From: an uncultured Nitrospiraceae bacterium
GTDB lineage: Bacteria > Nitrospirota > Thermodesulfovibrionia > Thermodesulfovibrionales > UBA9159
Assembly (NCBI GenBank): GCA_964475485.1
Contig: CAYYWY010000002.1
Location: forward strand, 104,257-168,256
Direction of reading: 5' to 3'
Length of the DNA: 64,000 bases
Below, piece after piece: positions 44,379 to 54,042 of this stretch (its first letter is position 1; each line of letters starts with the position of its first letter). Below the pieces are notes generated by a model that saw only the letters and a list, made by a program, of their open reading frames with translations, ran no database searches and had not been told where the DNA came from. Both the position numbers and the translations under genes were made by a program.

Positions 44379-46224
44379 ACTCTATCCATATCGGAAGTGC
44401 AGCCCTGGCACCTGTCTCTTTTGTCCCGATTGGCTTGTGGTCATCCCTTCCGACCCATACGCCCACCACAAGACTGTCGTCGAATCCTATGAACCAGGCA
44501 TCCGAGTAGTCGTTCGTAGTGCCTGTCTTGCCGTAGTGGGTCTTTCCGAGTTCTCTAGCCTTTTGGGCGGTTCCTTCTTCCACAACGGCGCGGAGAAGCT
44601 TCTTCATCTCCTCCGCATCTTCCCGGGAAATGATATCCACCGCATCGGGTCTGGACTCGCTGAGGGGGATTCCGTCCTTATTGACGATCCACTGGTAGAA
44701 CAGGGGCTTCACGTAAACTCCCGTTGAAAAGGCACCGTAGGCTGAAACCATATCGATAAGCGTCACGTCCGATGCGCCGAGAGCGATCGGGAGATATGGC
44801 TGCAATTTGCTCTTTATGCCGAGCCTCTGAGCGGTATCGATTACGGACTCGATCCCCACCTTGTCGGCGAGCCTTACGGTTGCAGCGTTAAGAGATTTTG
44901 CGAGGGCTGTCTTGAGAGTTACCGTTCCGTGGTATTTCCCGTCGTAGTTCTTGGGAGACCAAAACTGTCCGGACCTTGCTCCCTTAAATGAGATGGGGGC
45001 GTCCATGATCGAGTCGTCGCAGCTCATGCCTTGTTCTATGGCCGAAAGAAAGACAAAGGGTTTGAATGCAGAGCCCGGTTGCCTGAGGGCCTGAGTTGCA
45101 CGGTTAAATTGGTTCTTCCAGAAATCGGAGCCCCCCACCATGGCTTTGATATGACCTGTCTTCATTTCCATGGCTACGAGTGCTGCCTGGACCCCCTTCT
45201 TTGTCCTCTTCTCAATAGAGGATATCCCTTTGGCAACCGCTTCTTCAGCCACTTTCTGCATTCCGTAGTCGATCGTGGAATATATCCTGTACCCGGAAGT
45301 ATAGAGCTCATTATTGTACTTGTTTTCGAGGTCATGACGGAGCATCTCGACGAAATAGGGGGCCTCGTATTTTCGGAAGTGAGGGACGGAAGGCATGGGT
45401 TGCTTCTCCGCCTCTTCGTACTGCGCCTTGTTTATAAATCCGTGGTGGAGCATCAACTTCAACACGGTCGATCTTCTCTCCCTGGCTTTTTCCAGGTTTC
45501 TGAACGGCGAGTAATGAGAAGGCGCCTTTGGCAGGGAGGCAAGGGTGGCCGCCTCGGCTATAGTGACGCTGTCGAGAGGCTTGTCGAAATACGTCTGTGA
45601 AGCAGCCTCTATCCCATACGCCCTCGTGCCGAAATATGCCTGATTCAGATAAAGGCCCAGTATCTCGTCCTTAGTATATCTCTTCTCTATCTGAATAGAG
45701 ATGGCAGCTTCCTTCAGCTTCCTCTTTATGCTCCGCTCGGGTTTAAGAAAAAGCATTTTTGCCAGCTGCTGCGTTATTGTGCTCCCTCCCTGTGCGATGC
45801 TCCTCGTCCTGATGTCGTGGTAAAGGGCCCGAAGGATACCGATGAAGTCAACCCCGGGATGGCTGTAAAACCGTACATCCTCAATGGCGACGAAAGCCTT
45901 TTTCACATGTTCAGGAATCTTATAGTGCGGAATGAATGTCCTCCTCTCCAGGTAGAGTTCTGCAAGAAGCTTTCCGTCCGAAGAGTAAATGAGAGACGAT
46001 TCAGCAGGGGAGTACTGCTCAAGAGCCCTGATGGCCGGGAGGTCGGAGATGCTCCAGTAGACAAACCCGGCAGAACCTCCTATAAGAGAGGAGATAAGCA
46101 GGAATGCGATTTTCCATTTTGTGAGGAGAAAACGGCGCGGCGCACCCTGCCTCTTTCCTTGACTCCTCGGGTCGCCTGCGTTCAGGGGATTCCCCTGACT
46201 ATGGGGCTGCCGAGACACTGGCAT
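44332..46224 (-). CDS. mrcA: Class A penicillin-binding protein (PBP1A; transglycosylase plus transpeptidase)
   Basis: AIEDVRFYSHPGVD, GGSTITQQLAK, RKLKEAAISIQIEKRY (GT51); SAFKPFVF, SLN, KTGTT (transpeptidase). Start is probably ATG 46224 (MPVSRQ...), which sits 6 nt after a TATAAT on that strand. The ORF-track start at 46308 would overlap hom. The 3' end overlaps ftsY by 47 nt. Confidence 0.9.
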   Translation of the reverse strand: MPVSRQPHSQGNPLNAGDPRSQGKRQGAPRRFLLTKWKIAFLLISSLIGGSAGFVYWSISDLPAIRALEQYSPAESSLIYSSDGKLLAELYLERRTFIPHYKIPEHVKKAFVAIEDVRFYSHPGVDFIGILRALYHDIRTRSIAQGGSTITQQLAKMLFLKPERSIKRKLKEAAISIQIEKRYTKDEILGLYLNQAYFGTRAYGIEAASQTYFDKPLDSVTIAEAATLASLPKAPSHYSPFRNLEKARERRSTVLKLMLHHGFINKAQYEEAEKQPMPSVPHFRKYEAPYFVEMLRHDLENKYNNELYTSGYRIYSTIDYGMQKVAEEAVAKGISSIEKRTKKGVQAALVAMEMKTGHIKAMVGGSDFWKNQFNRATQALRQPGSAFKPFVFLSAIEQGMSCDDSIMDAPISFKGARSGQFWSPKNYDGKYHGTVTLKTALAKSLNAATVRLADKVGIESVIDTAQRLGIKSKLQPYLPIALGASDVTLIDMVSAYGAFSTGVYVKPLFYQWIVNKDGIPLSESRPDAVDIISREDAEEMKKLLRAVVEEGTAQKARELGKTHYGKTGTTNDYSDAWFIGFDDSLVVGVWVGRDDHKPIGTKETGARAALPIWIEFMKKGPRQIPSNQNP

Positions 46225-46328
46225 GTTTCTATTATACCGTAACCATTGTGTCGGAAGTATTGAAGTGACGGGTGCTTTTGGCTCATAATATAGGAAACCT
46301 CGAACCAAATCAAGGAGACGAAGCCCGG

Positions 46329-47645
46329 ATGGCGAAAAAGGCTGTAAGAGTCGGTATTATCGGCTTTGGAACCGTGGGAACCGGTACGGTAAGGATACTT
46401 CTCGAAAACAGAAAGATTCTCTCACTGAGAGCGGGGTTCGACGTAATTATCAGGAAGATCGCCGACAAGGACATTCTAAGAGACAGGGGAATTGCGCTTC
46501 CCGAAGGCATACTCACGTCCGGTGCCGAGGACATACTCGATGACCCTGAGATCGACATAGTGGTGGAGCTTGTGGGGGGGATAAATCCTGCCAAGGATTT
46601 CATTCTCGATGCCATACGCAGGGGAAAGCACGTGGTGACAGCAAATAAGGCCCTCCTTGCAACGGAGGGAAACGAGATATTCAACGAGGCGAGGAGGTAC
46701 GGTGTTGACGTGGGTTTTGAGGCCTCCGTTGCAGGTGGGATTCCAATCATAAAAGTGATCCGCGAGGGGCTTGTCGCGAATAATATGATTGCGATATACG
46801 GGATTATCAACGGAACGTCCAACTACATTCTCACCAAAATGACTGAAGAGAAAGTCGGATTTTCAGAGGCTCTAAAAGAAGCCCAGAGGCTCGGTTATGC
46901 AGAGGCCGACCCCACATTCGATATTGAGGGTATAGACTCCGCGCACAAGCTGGCGATCCTCGCATCCCTTGCATACGATATACCCCTCTCATTCCAGGAG
47001 GTATACAAGGAGGGTATAACGAAGATAACTCCGCAGGATATCGAGTTTGCCTCAGAACTGGGATATAAGGTTAAGCTCCTTGCCATAACAAAGGCTTCGG
47101 ACGGCGAGGTGGAGATGAGGGTGCATCCCACAATGTTACCGGACGAGTACCTGATATCGAAGGTTGATGGCGTCTTCAATGCTGTGTATATCGAGGGAGA
47201 CGCGGTCGGGTCGACCCTTTATTATGGGAGAGGGGCTGGGGATATGCCCACCGGCAGTGCCGTAGTGGCCGATATCGTTGACATAGGGAAAAGCGTAATC
47301 ACGGGTGGTACGAGAAGGGTTCCTGTCGTACCAGAGTCCGGAGAGGTAGCCGGACTAAGGCATATCAAGAAGATGGAAGACATCGAGAGCATGTATTACT
47401 TCCGGTTTTCGGCGCTGGACAGGCCTGGGGTGCTGTCCAGCATATCCGGGATTCTCGGGAATCACAACATAAGTATAGCCTCGGTAATCCAGAAAGGGAG
47501 AAGGATCGGCGGTTCTGTTCCTCTGGTTGTCCTCACCCATAGGGCAATGGAAAGGGACGTCCTTCACGCGATAAAGGAAATCGACACCCTGCCGGTCGTC
47601 TCTGACAGAACATTGTTCGTAAGAGTTGAGGGGAAGGAAGAATAG
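46329..47645 (+). CDS. hom: Homoserine dehydrogenase (with C-terminal ACT domain)
   Basis: MAKKAVRVGIIGFGTVGTG...VVTANKALLA...ASVAGGIPII...NGTSNYILT...GYAEADPTFDIEGID...ACT: YYFRFSALDRPGVLSSISGILG. Confidence 0.95.
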   Translation: MAKKAVRVGIIGFGTVGTGTVRILLENRKILSLRAGFDVIIRKIADKDILRDRGIALPEGILTSGAEDILDDPEIDIVVELVGGINPAKDFILDAIRRGKHVVTANKALLATEGNEIFNEARRYGVDVGFEASVAGGIPIIKVIREGLVANNMIAIYGIINGTSNYILTKMTEEKVGFSEALKEAQRLGYAEADPTFDIEGIDSAHKLAILASLAYDIPLSFQEVYKEGITKITPQDIEFASELGYKVKLLAITKASDGEVEMRVHPTMLPDEYLISKVDGVFNAVYIEGDAVGSTLYYGRGAGDMPTGSAVVADIVDIGKSVITGGTRRVPVVPESGEVAGLRHIKKMEDIESMYYFRFSALDRPGVLSSISGILGNHNISIASVIQKGRRIGGSVPLVVLTHRAMERDVLHAIKEIDTLPVVSDRTLFVRVEGKEE

Positions 47646-47742
47646 AATGAGCTTTTCTTTTTTCGGTGCTTGTTGATAAAATGAGTTTGTGAATTAGCAA
47701 GCGACAGCGTGCCGTGAGAAAGAAAGCGGAGGAAAGGGATTC

Positions 47743-47988
47743 GTGGAAGATATCAGAGTGGACAAAAAGATAAACATAAAGGGCCTTGTCTGCCCTTACA
47801 CGTTTGTGAAGTCGAAGCTTGCTGTGGAGGATCTTGAGGTGGGCCAGGTTCTGGAGATACTTCTTGATTATGAAGAAGCGTCGAGGAGCATCCCCAAATC
47901 CATGGAAGATCACGGGCAGAAGGTGCTGAGGGTCGAGAAGATCAACGAAACCGACTGGATAATCCAGATAAGGAAGGAGAAGGAGTGA
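47743..47988 (+). CDS. tusA: TusA/SirA-family sulfurtransferase
   Basis: INIKGLVCPYTFVKSKLAVEDLEVGQVLEILLDYEEASRSIPKSMEDHGQKV: the conserved Cys-Pro motif and fold pattern of TusA-like proteins. GTG start. Stop overlaps the next gene's start. Confidence 0.8.
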   Translation: MEDIRVDKKINIKGLVCPYTFVKSKLAVEDLEVGQVLEILLDYEEASRSIPKSMEDHGQKVLRVEKINETDWIIQIRKEKE

Positions 47989-48788
47989 TGGAATTCACCG
48001 AGGACCAGCTCCAGAGGTACAGCAGGCACATAATCCTTCCGGAGGTTGGTGGTAAGGGGCAGAAGAAACTTCTCCGTGCGAAGGTGTTCATTGTCGGCGC
48101 CGGCGGACTGGGGTGTCCCGTGGGGTATTATCTCGCTGCCGCGGGGATTGGCACCATAGGTATTGTCGACAACGATTCCGTTGAACTCAGCAATCTCCAG
48201 CGCCAGATAGCGCATAATACGAGTCGTCTCGGCGTTCTTAAAGTTGACTCGGCAAAGGAGACTTTCGAGGCATTGAACCCTGATGTGAAGGTGATTGGGA
48301 TACGGGAGAGGATTACAAAGGACAATATCAAGGATCTGATAAGGGATTATGATGTTGTGGTCGACGGCAGTGATAATTTCCCCACGAGGTACCTCGTTAA
48401 TGACGCATGCGTGATGCTCCGGAAACCTCTTGTGAGCGGCGCCATCCTGAGGTTCGAGGGGCAGGTCACCACTATTGTACCAGGGGAAGGGCACTGCTAC
48501 CGCTGTCTCTTTGAAGAAATGCCCCCTGCGGGCCTCGTGCCTTCATGTCAAGAGGCGGGTGTAATCGGTGCCATACCGGGTGTGGTCGGCTCGCTTCAGG
48601 CCATCGAGGTCTTCAAACTGATCCTCGGGAAAGGGGATGTCCTCAGGAACACCCTTCTTATCTTTGACGCCCTCAAGACGACCTTTAGAAGGGTGAAAGT
48701 GCCGAAGAACCAGGACTGTCCCGTCTGCGGAGAGCATCCTTCTATTACGGAGCTGCAGGACTATGACGCAGGATACTGCAGGATATAA
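47985..48788 (+). CDS. moeB: MoeB/ThiF-family E1-like adenylyltransferase
   Basis: QLQRYSRHIILPEVGGKGQKKL...IVGAGGLGCPVGYYLAAAGIG...DNDSVELSNLQRQ...DGSDNFPTRYLVND; zinc CxxC pairs CYRC and CPVC. Confidence 0.9.
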   Translation: MMEFTEDQLQRYSRHIILPEVGGKGQKKLLRAKVFIVGAGGLGCPVGYYLAAAGIGTIGIVDNDSVELSNLQRQIAHNTSRLGVLKVDSAKETFEALNPDVKVIGIRERITKDNIKDLIRDYDVVVDGSDNFPTRYLVNDACVMLRKPLVSGAILRFEGQVTTIVPGEGHCYRCLFEEMPPAGLVPSCQEAGVIGAIPGVVGSLQAIEVFKLILGKGDVLRNTLLIFDALKTTFRRVKVPKNQDCPVCGEHPSITELQDYDAGYCRI

Positions 48789-48996
48789 CCTGAGTCAGTA
48801 ATACTTTCGCCCGGCATGGGAGAACTGTATTTCAGAAAGATTGAATTGGTCGTTGATGCGCTGCAAGGGTTGGATCAAATGGTGATGTATTTGCCTTCAT
48901 GGAAGTTATGGAACAGGGCGTTACCTGCTCCATGGCGAACCCAGACAATCTTGCTGCAAGCCAACCTTCCCATGCCTCGTCGTGGGTCATAGTGAA

Positions 48997-49440
48997 ATGC
49001 GCCGCTTGATTATCCCCGAACATATCTTTGAAGAGATGCTTGCCCATTGCAGGGAAGGCTATCCCGACGAGGCATGCGGCATACTCGCGGGGAGAGGCGA
49101 TGAGGTTCAGAAGATTTACAAAGCTGACAATATTGAGCATTCTCCAGTCAGGTATGAGATGGACTCAAGAGAACTCATCCGCGCCAATAAGGATATGCGT
49201 GAGAACAACTTGTCAATTCTTTCGATCTATCACTCCCATCCGTCCGCGCCTGCATATCCCTCTCAGACTGATATCAGTCGTGCCAAGCCGTGGAACGGCC
49301 TGCCGCCTGTCTATGGGGAAGCTGCTTACATCATTGTCAGTCTTTTCGAAAAAGAGCCTGTCGTAAAAGCCTTTTCGATCGGGGAGGGAATAGGGGAAGT
49401 TGAGGTCATAATAAGGGAGAAATCACCGGGTTTCTCATAA
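48997..49440 (+). CDS. JAMM/MPN+ metalloprotease (Mec+/CysO-hydrolase-like)
   Basis: EACGILAG...SIYHSHPSAPAYPSQTDI is the JAMM motif (E...HxHx7Sx2D). ATG 48997 preferred; the ORF track starts at GTG 48982. Confidence 0.85.
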   Translation: MRRLIIPEHIFEEMLAHCREGYPDEACGILAGRGDEVQKIYKADNIEHSPVRYEMDSRELIRANKDMRENNLSILSIYHSHPSAPAYPSQTDISRAKPWNGLPPVYGEAAYIIVSLFEKEPVVKAFSIGEGIGEVEVIIREKSPGFS

Positions 49441-49714
49441 ACCCGTTATTTCTGTGCCACGCCTCTCTCGAGAAGCATCCAGCTCTCAAGCGGGATAATA
49501 GAAATAAAGATGTCCGCCTCGCCTCTGTCACTCCCGATTGTTTGCACGGTGAGTTGCCGGAGGAGACAGAACAAGTATAGGAACTGTGGTGAGACTGACA
49601 GTCCCGTGATAATCCAATCAATCTATTTTATTTTGTACCCGTTTGGAGTAAAATATACTTTATTTCAACAAAGGATCCGGCAATTCTTCGCATTCAGTTA
49701 GACGGGAGGTGAAT

Positions 49715-50956
49715 ATGGGTTACGTGAGAGGTCTTAAGTGCAGAGAGTGCGGCAGGGAGTATCCTGTCGATCCCATATATGTGTGCGAATTCTGTTTCGG
49801 TCCGCTCGAGGTCGTGTACGATTACAAGAAAATAAAACGCGTTCTTACGCGGAAGAACATAGAGAAGCGAGAAAAGAATCTCTGGCGGTACAAGGAGCTG
49901 CTCCCCATAGACGGCGAACCCCAGGTTGGTCTGAAGTCCGGCTTCACACCTCTCATCAGGGCCGATAGCCTCGCGGAAGAACTGGGCGTCAGGGAACTGT
50001 ACATAAAGGACGACACGGTTGCCCATCCCACGCTGTCGTTCAAGGACAGGGTGGTTGCGGTGGCCCTTACCAAGGCAAAGGAGTTCGGTTTTGATACGGT
50101 TGCGTGTGCGTCGACGGGCAATCTTGCCCACTCTGTTTCGGCCCATGGAGCAAAGGCGGGTTTCAAGCGGTTTGTCTTCATACCGGCCACCCTGGAGCCG
50201 AGCAAGATTGTGGCGTCCCTTGTTTATGAGCCAAACCTGATTGCTGTTGACGGGAACTATGACGAGGTGAACAGGCTCTGCAGCGAGATCGCGAACAAAT
50301 ACAGGTGGGCATTCGTGAACATCAATATACGGCCGTTCTATGCTGAGGGTTCAAAGACCCAGGGATTTGAAATAATCGAACAACTCGGCTGGAAGGCCCC
50401 TGACAACATTGTGGTCCCATGCGCCAGCGGTTCGCTGCTTACAAAGGTCTGGAAGTCGTTCAAGGAATTCAAGGAGATAGGGATATTGAAAGAACTGGAT
50501 ACCAGGGTTTTCGCCGCCCAGGCAACGGGCTGCTCCCCCATATCCGCTGCCGTAAAGCAGGGTACTGATGTGATTAGGCCAGTAAAGCCAAACACTATAG
50601 CGAAATCCCTGGCAATCGGCAATCCCGCGGACGGCTTTTATGCGCTTCAGGCTGTTAAGGAGACTGGAGGATACGGCGAGGATGTCTCCGACGAAGAGAT
50701 CATCGAAGGGATAAAGATGCTTGCGAGGACAGAGGGGGTTTTTGCGGAAACCGCAGGGGGCGTCACTCTGGCCTGCACGAAGAGACTCATCGAGACGGGA
50801 AAGATAAACAGGGATGAGACAACGGTCATGTGTATCACGGGCAACGGGCTCAAGACCCAGGAGGCGCTGAACGGACATACCGCGTCTCCCCACTACATAA
50901 AACCGAACCTTGCGTCCTTTGAGGAAGTGCTTGGAAGGATTCAAAGCACAGAATGA
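49715..50956 (+). CDS. Threonine-synthase-family PLP enzyme with N-terminal zinc ribbon (candidate sulfur-carrier-dependent O-phosphohomoserine sulfhydrylase, MetM-like)
   Basis: LKCRECGREYPVDPIYVCEFCFGPLEV (4-Cys ribbon); HPTLSFKDRVVAVAL (PLP-Lys motif); ACASTGNLA; fold-type II PLP pattern. A separate canonical thrC lies 650 nt downstream. ATG 49715, 5 nt after GGGAGG. Confidence 0.7.
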   Translation: MGYVRGLKCRECGREYPVDPIYVCEFCFGPLEVVYDYKKIKRVLTRKNIEKREKNLWRYKELLPIDGEPQVGLKSGFTPLIRADSLAEELGVRELYIKDDTVAHPTLSFKDRVVAVALTKAKEFGFDTVACASTGNLAHSVSAHGAKAGFKRFVFIPATLEPSKIVASLVYEPNLIAVDGNYDEVNRLCSEIANKYRWAFVNINIRPFYAEGSKTQGFEIIEQLGWKAPDNIVVPCASGSLLTKVWKSFKEFKEIGILKELDTRVFAAQATGCSPISAAVKQGTDVIRPVKPNTIAKSLAIGNPADGFYALQAVKETGGYGEDVSDEEIIEGIKMLARTEGVFAETAGGVTLACTKRLIETGKINRDETTVMCITGNGLKTQEALNGHTASPHYIKPNLASFEEVLGRIQSTE

Positions 50957-51080
50957 AGGGAATCAGCAACAGCGGGCACAGAGACCAGCTGCAGGGTGCT
51001 CAAAGAAAACTGAAAACTAATGTGCAATCTGTGGCGAAAATATATTTGGCCCGGCTCGTCCGGGTTGGGAGGTGAGATAA

Positions 51081-51356
51081 ATGGCTGTAAAAGTGAGGAT
51101 TCCGACTCCTCTCCAGAGATTGACCCAAGGCAAGGAGGAGGTCGAGGGCACTCCTGGTACCATTATGGAACTTGTGACAGACCTTGACAAGAGGTTCCCG
51201 GGCTTGGGAGAGAGGATTTCCGAAGGCGGCAAGATTCGCAGGTTCGTCAACATTTATGTGAACGAAGAGGACATACGCTTTCTGAAGGCGGAGGAAACCG
51301 TAGTGAAGGACGGGGACGAGGTATCCATTGTCCCTGCTATCGCAGGAGGCATATAA
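51081..51356 (+). CDS. MoaD/ThiS-family sulfur-carrier protein (C-terminus ...AIAGG-I)
   Basis: MAVKVRIPTPLQRLTQGKEEVEG...IRRFVNIYVNEEDIRF...VKDGDEVSIVPAIAGGI: beta-grasp carrier with a diglycine followed by one extra residue. Confidence 0.8.
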   Translation: MAVKVRIPTPLQRLTQGKEEVEGTPGTIMELVTDLDKRFPGLGERISEGGKIRRFVNIYVNEEDIRFLKAEETVVKDGDEVSIVPAIAGGI

Positions 51357-51368
51357 AGAGGAGGATAT

Positions 51369-51605
51369 ATGAAACGGCGTGTGAAGTTGACCTTCCCGCA
51401 GCATCTCATTAAAGAACCGGTGATTTTCACCATGGCAAAGAAGTTCGATGTGATGCCGAACATCAGAAGGGCGAGGGTGACCGAGACGGTGGGAGAGATG
51501 GTGCTGGAACTGGAAGGGGCGGAGGAGAATCTCGAGAAGGGGATTCGGTCCCTGAGGGAGCAGGGAGTGGATGTGGAGCTTGTGGAAGGAGACATTATAG
51601 AGTAA
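51369..51605 (+). CDS. Stand-alone NIL-domain protein
   Basis: [66 protein letters not shown] is the NIL domain pattern (as in the MetN C-terminus and methanogen NIL-ferredoxin proteins). Confidence 0.7.
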   Translation: MKRRVKLTFPQHLIKEPVIFTMAKKFDVMPNIRRARVTETVGEMVLELEGAEENLEKGIRSLREQGVDVELVEGDIIE

Positions 51606-51606
51606 C

Positions 51607-52668
51607 ATGGAATGGCGCGGAATAATAGAAGAATACAGACCATTCCTTCCTGTTTCTGATGCTACGCCGGTCATCACTCTGAAAGAGGGCAATACCCCTC
51701 TTATCAGATCGACGAACCTTGATAGGAAGCTCGGCATGGACCTCGAAGTCTACCTGAAGTTCGATGGTGAGAATCCTACGGGTTCTTTTAAGGACAGAGG
51801 GATGACCATGGCCATTTCCAAGGCGGTGGAAACAGGCTCGAAGGCCGTGATCTGCGCGTCGACCGGGAACACCTCTGCCTCTGCAGCGGCCTATGCGGCA
51901 AGGGCCGGAATAAAGGCGATCGTGATCATACCCGAGGGTAAAATAGCCCAGGGCAAACTGGCGCAGGCGCTAATTCACGGTGCTCATGTGCTCCAGATCG
52001 AGGGGAATTTCGACGATTCGCTCAAGATTGTGAGGGCCCTGTCAGAGATGTACCCTGTAACCCTCGTGAATTCAGTTAACCCTTTCCGGCTCGAAGGACA
52101 GAAATCCGCAGCCTTTGAGATCTGTGACCAATTAGGCTTTGCTCCCGACTTTCATGCCCTTCCGGTGGGAAATGCGGGCAATATAACTGCATACTGGAGG
52201 GGATATAAGGAGTTCAGGGAAAGGGGCAGGATCGCGGAACTGCCCAGGATGCTCGGGTTCCAGGCTGCCGGAGCGGCTCCGATTGTCCTTGGACGTCCCG
52301 TGGAAAAGCCGGAGACAGTCGCCACCGCGATAAGGATAGGTAAGCCTGCCAGCTGGAGGGGCGCAGAGGCGGCGAGGGATGAGTCCGGAGGAAGGATCGA
52401 AGCAGTGACGGATCAGGAGATACTGAATGCCTACGGTCTTATAGCGTCCTCGGAGGGGATATTCTGTGAGCCTGCTTCTGCAGCATCGGTTGCCGGTGTC
52501 ATAAAATTATATAAGGAAGGCTATTTCAGGAAAGGCGCAAGAATCGTCTGCACCCTGACAGGGCACGGACTGAAGGATCCTGATACGGTATTTAAGGTTG
52601 CCCTGGAACCTTTGAGAGTTAAGGCAGAGATAGAGATCGTGTCAAAGGTGATCGAAGAGATACTATGA
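51607..52668 (+). CDS. thrC: Threonine synthase
   Basis: [10 protein letters not shown]...[19 protein letters not shown]...[20 protein letters not shown]...[13 protein letters not shown]. Confidence 0.95.
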   Translation: MEWRGIIEEYRPFLPVSDATPVITLKEGNTPLIRSTNLDRKLGMDLEVYLKFDGENPTGSFKDRGMTMAISKAVETGSKAVICASTGNTSASAAAYAARAGIKAIVIIPEGKIAQGKLAQALIHGAHVLQIEGNFDDSLKIVRALSEMYPVTLVNSVNPFRLEGQKSAAFEICDQLGFAPDFHALPVGNAGNITAYWRGYKEFRERGRIAELPRMLGFQAAGAAPIVLGRPVEKPETVATAIRIGKPASWRGAEAARDESGGRIEAVTDQEILNAYGLIASSEGIFCEPASAASVAGVIKLYKEGYFRKGARIVCTLTGHGLKDPDTVFKVALEPLRVKAEIEIVSKVIEEIL

Positions 52669-53876
52669 AATACATTGTAATCATCGGCGACGGCATGGCG
52701 GACAGGCCGCTTAAGGAGCTGGAGGGAAAGACCCCACTTCAGAAGGCATTCACTCCCAATATGGATAAACTTGCCAGGGAGGGCATCATCGGCTCCGTGA
52801 GAACGATTCCCCCCGGTTTCCATCCAGGCTCAGATGTGGCGAACTTGAGTATACTCGGGTATGACCCGAGGGCCTTTTATAGCGGACGTGCGCCCTTGGA
52901 GGCCGCGAGTATGGGGGTCGATCTTGCCGAGGGAGACATAGCCTACCGGTGCAATCTCGTTACTCTGAAATTCGATCAAAAGAGGACCCGGGCTGTGATG
53001 GAGGATTACAGCGGAGGACATATATCGACTGAAGAGGCTGCCGTCCTTATAAGAGACATTGACGCGAAACTGGGGACCGAAGAGATGAGGTTCTATCCTG
53101 GTGTGAGCTACCGTCACCTCATGGTATGGAAGAACGGATCACTGGATGTAGAATGCATTCCTCCTCACGACATCATCGGCAAGGAGATCTCCGATTATCT
53201 ACCTGCGGGGAGAAGCGAAGAGGTTTTGCGGACTGTCATGATGGCCTCTGTCGGAATCCTTGACAGTCATCCACTCAACAAGGAGAGGATTGCCAAAGGG
53301 AGGAAGCCTGCAAACAGTATATGGCTCTGGGGGCAGGGGAGAAAACCCCGGTTGCCGACGTTCAGAGAGAAGTACTCCATTGACGGAGCACTTGTCTCGG
53401 CCGTAGACCTGACAAAGGGGCTTGGTGTTTATGCCGGGTTCGAGATTCTCAAGGTTCCGGGCGTTACGGGATACCTCGATACCAACTACGCAGGGAAGGC
53501 CGAGTATTCCTTGGATGCGCTGGGAAGGCACGACCTCGTGTATATCCATGTTGAGGCTCCGGATGAAGCGGGACACTCCGGCAATTACGGGGACAAGGTC
53601 AAGGCCATCGAGGACTTTGACGCCCTTGTGGTCGGCACGATCCTCAGAGGAGTGAGGGCCTTTGAGGAATACAGGATCTTACTGCTCCCTGACCATGCTA
53701 CCCCTATCGAAGTAAGGACGCATACCGACGAACCCGTTCCCTTCGTCATATACGACAGCCGTGTAAAAAGAAAGAACGAAGGCGCCGCCTTCGACGAATC
53801 CCTCCTCCAAAGGAATGACTTGCTTATGATTGAGGAAGGACACAGACTGATGGATTATTTTATAAAAGGGGAATAA
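52665..53876 (+). CDS. Cofactor-independent phosphoglycerate-mutase-family protein (ApgM/COG3635-like; probable non-orthologous homoserine kinase)
   Basis: [26 protein letters not shown]...[15 protein letters not shown]...[12 protein letters not shown]...LLPDHATP are the metalloenzyme-superfamily motifs. The start overlaps the thrC stop (ATGA). Confidence 0.75.
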   Translation: MKYIVIIGDGMADRPLKELEGKTPLQKAFTPNMDKLAREGIIGSVRTIPPGFHPGSDVANLSILGYDPRAFYSGRAPLEAASMGVDLAEGDIAYRCNLVTLKFDQKRTRAVMEDYSGGHISTEEAAVLIRDIDAKLGTEEMRFYPGVSYRHLMVWKNGSLDVECIPPHDIIGKEISDYLPAGRSEEVLRTVMMASVGILDSHPLNKERIAKGRKPANSIWLWGQGRKPRLPTFREKYSIDGALVSAVDLTKGLGVYAGFEILKVPGVTGYLDTNYAGKAEYSLDALGRHDLVYIHVEAPDEAGHSGNYGDKVKAIEDFDALVVGTILRGVRAFEEYRILLLPDHATPIEVRTHTDEPVPFVIYDSRVKRKNEGAAFDESLLQRNDLLMIEEGHRLMDYFIKGE

Positions 53877-54042
53877 ACATTGCTGACAAAAGACTGCCGA
53901 TAGGATATGGGCAGGAATTCACAATCGACAATGAGAGTTACTCAGTTGAAGAATCTGACTGCGCTCAGGCCCTGTAAGTCCTTACTCCCGGTATATGCGA
54001 CTTCACAAATTGATTTTGTCGCCTCTGTCCCTGACTTCTCTG

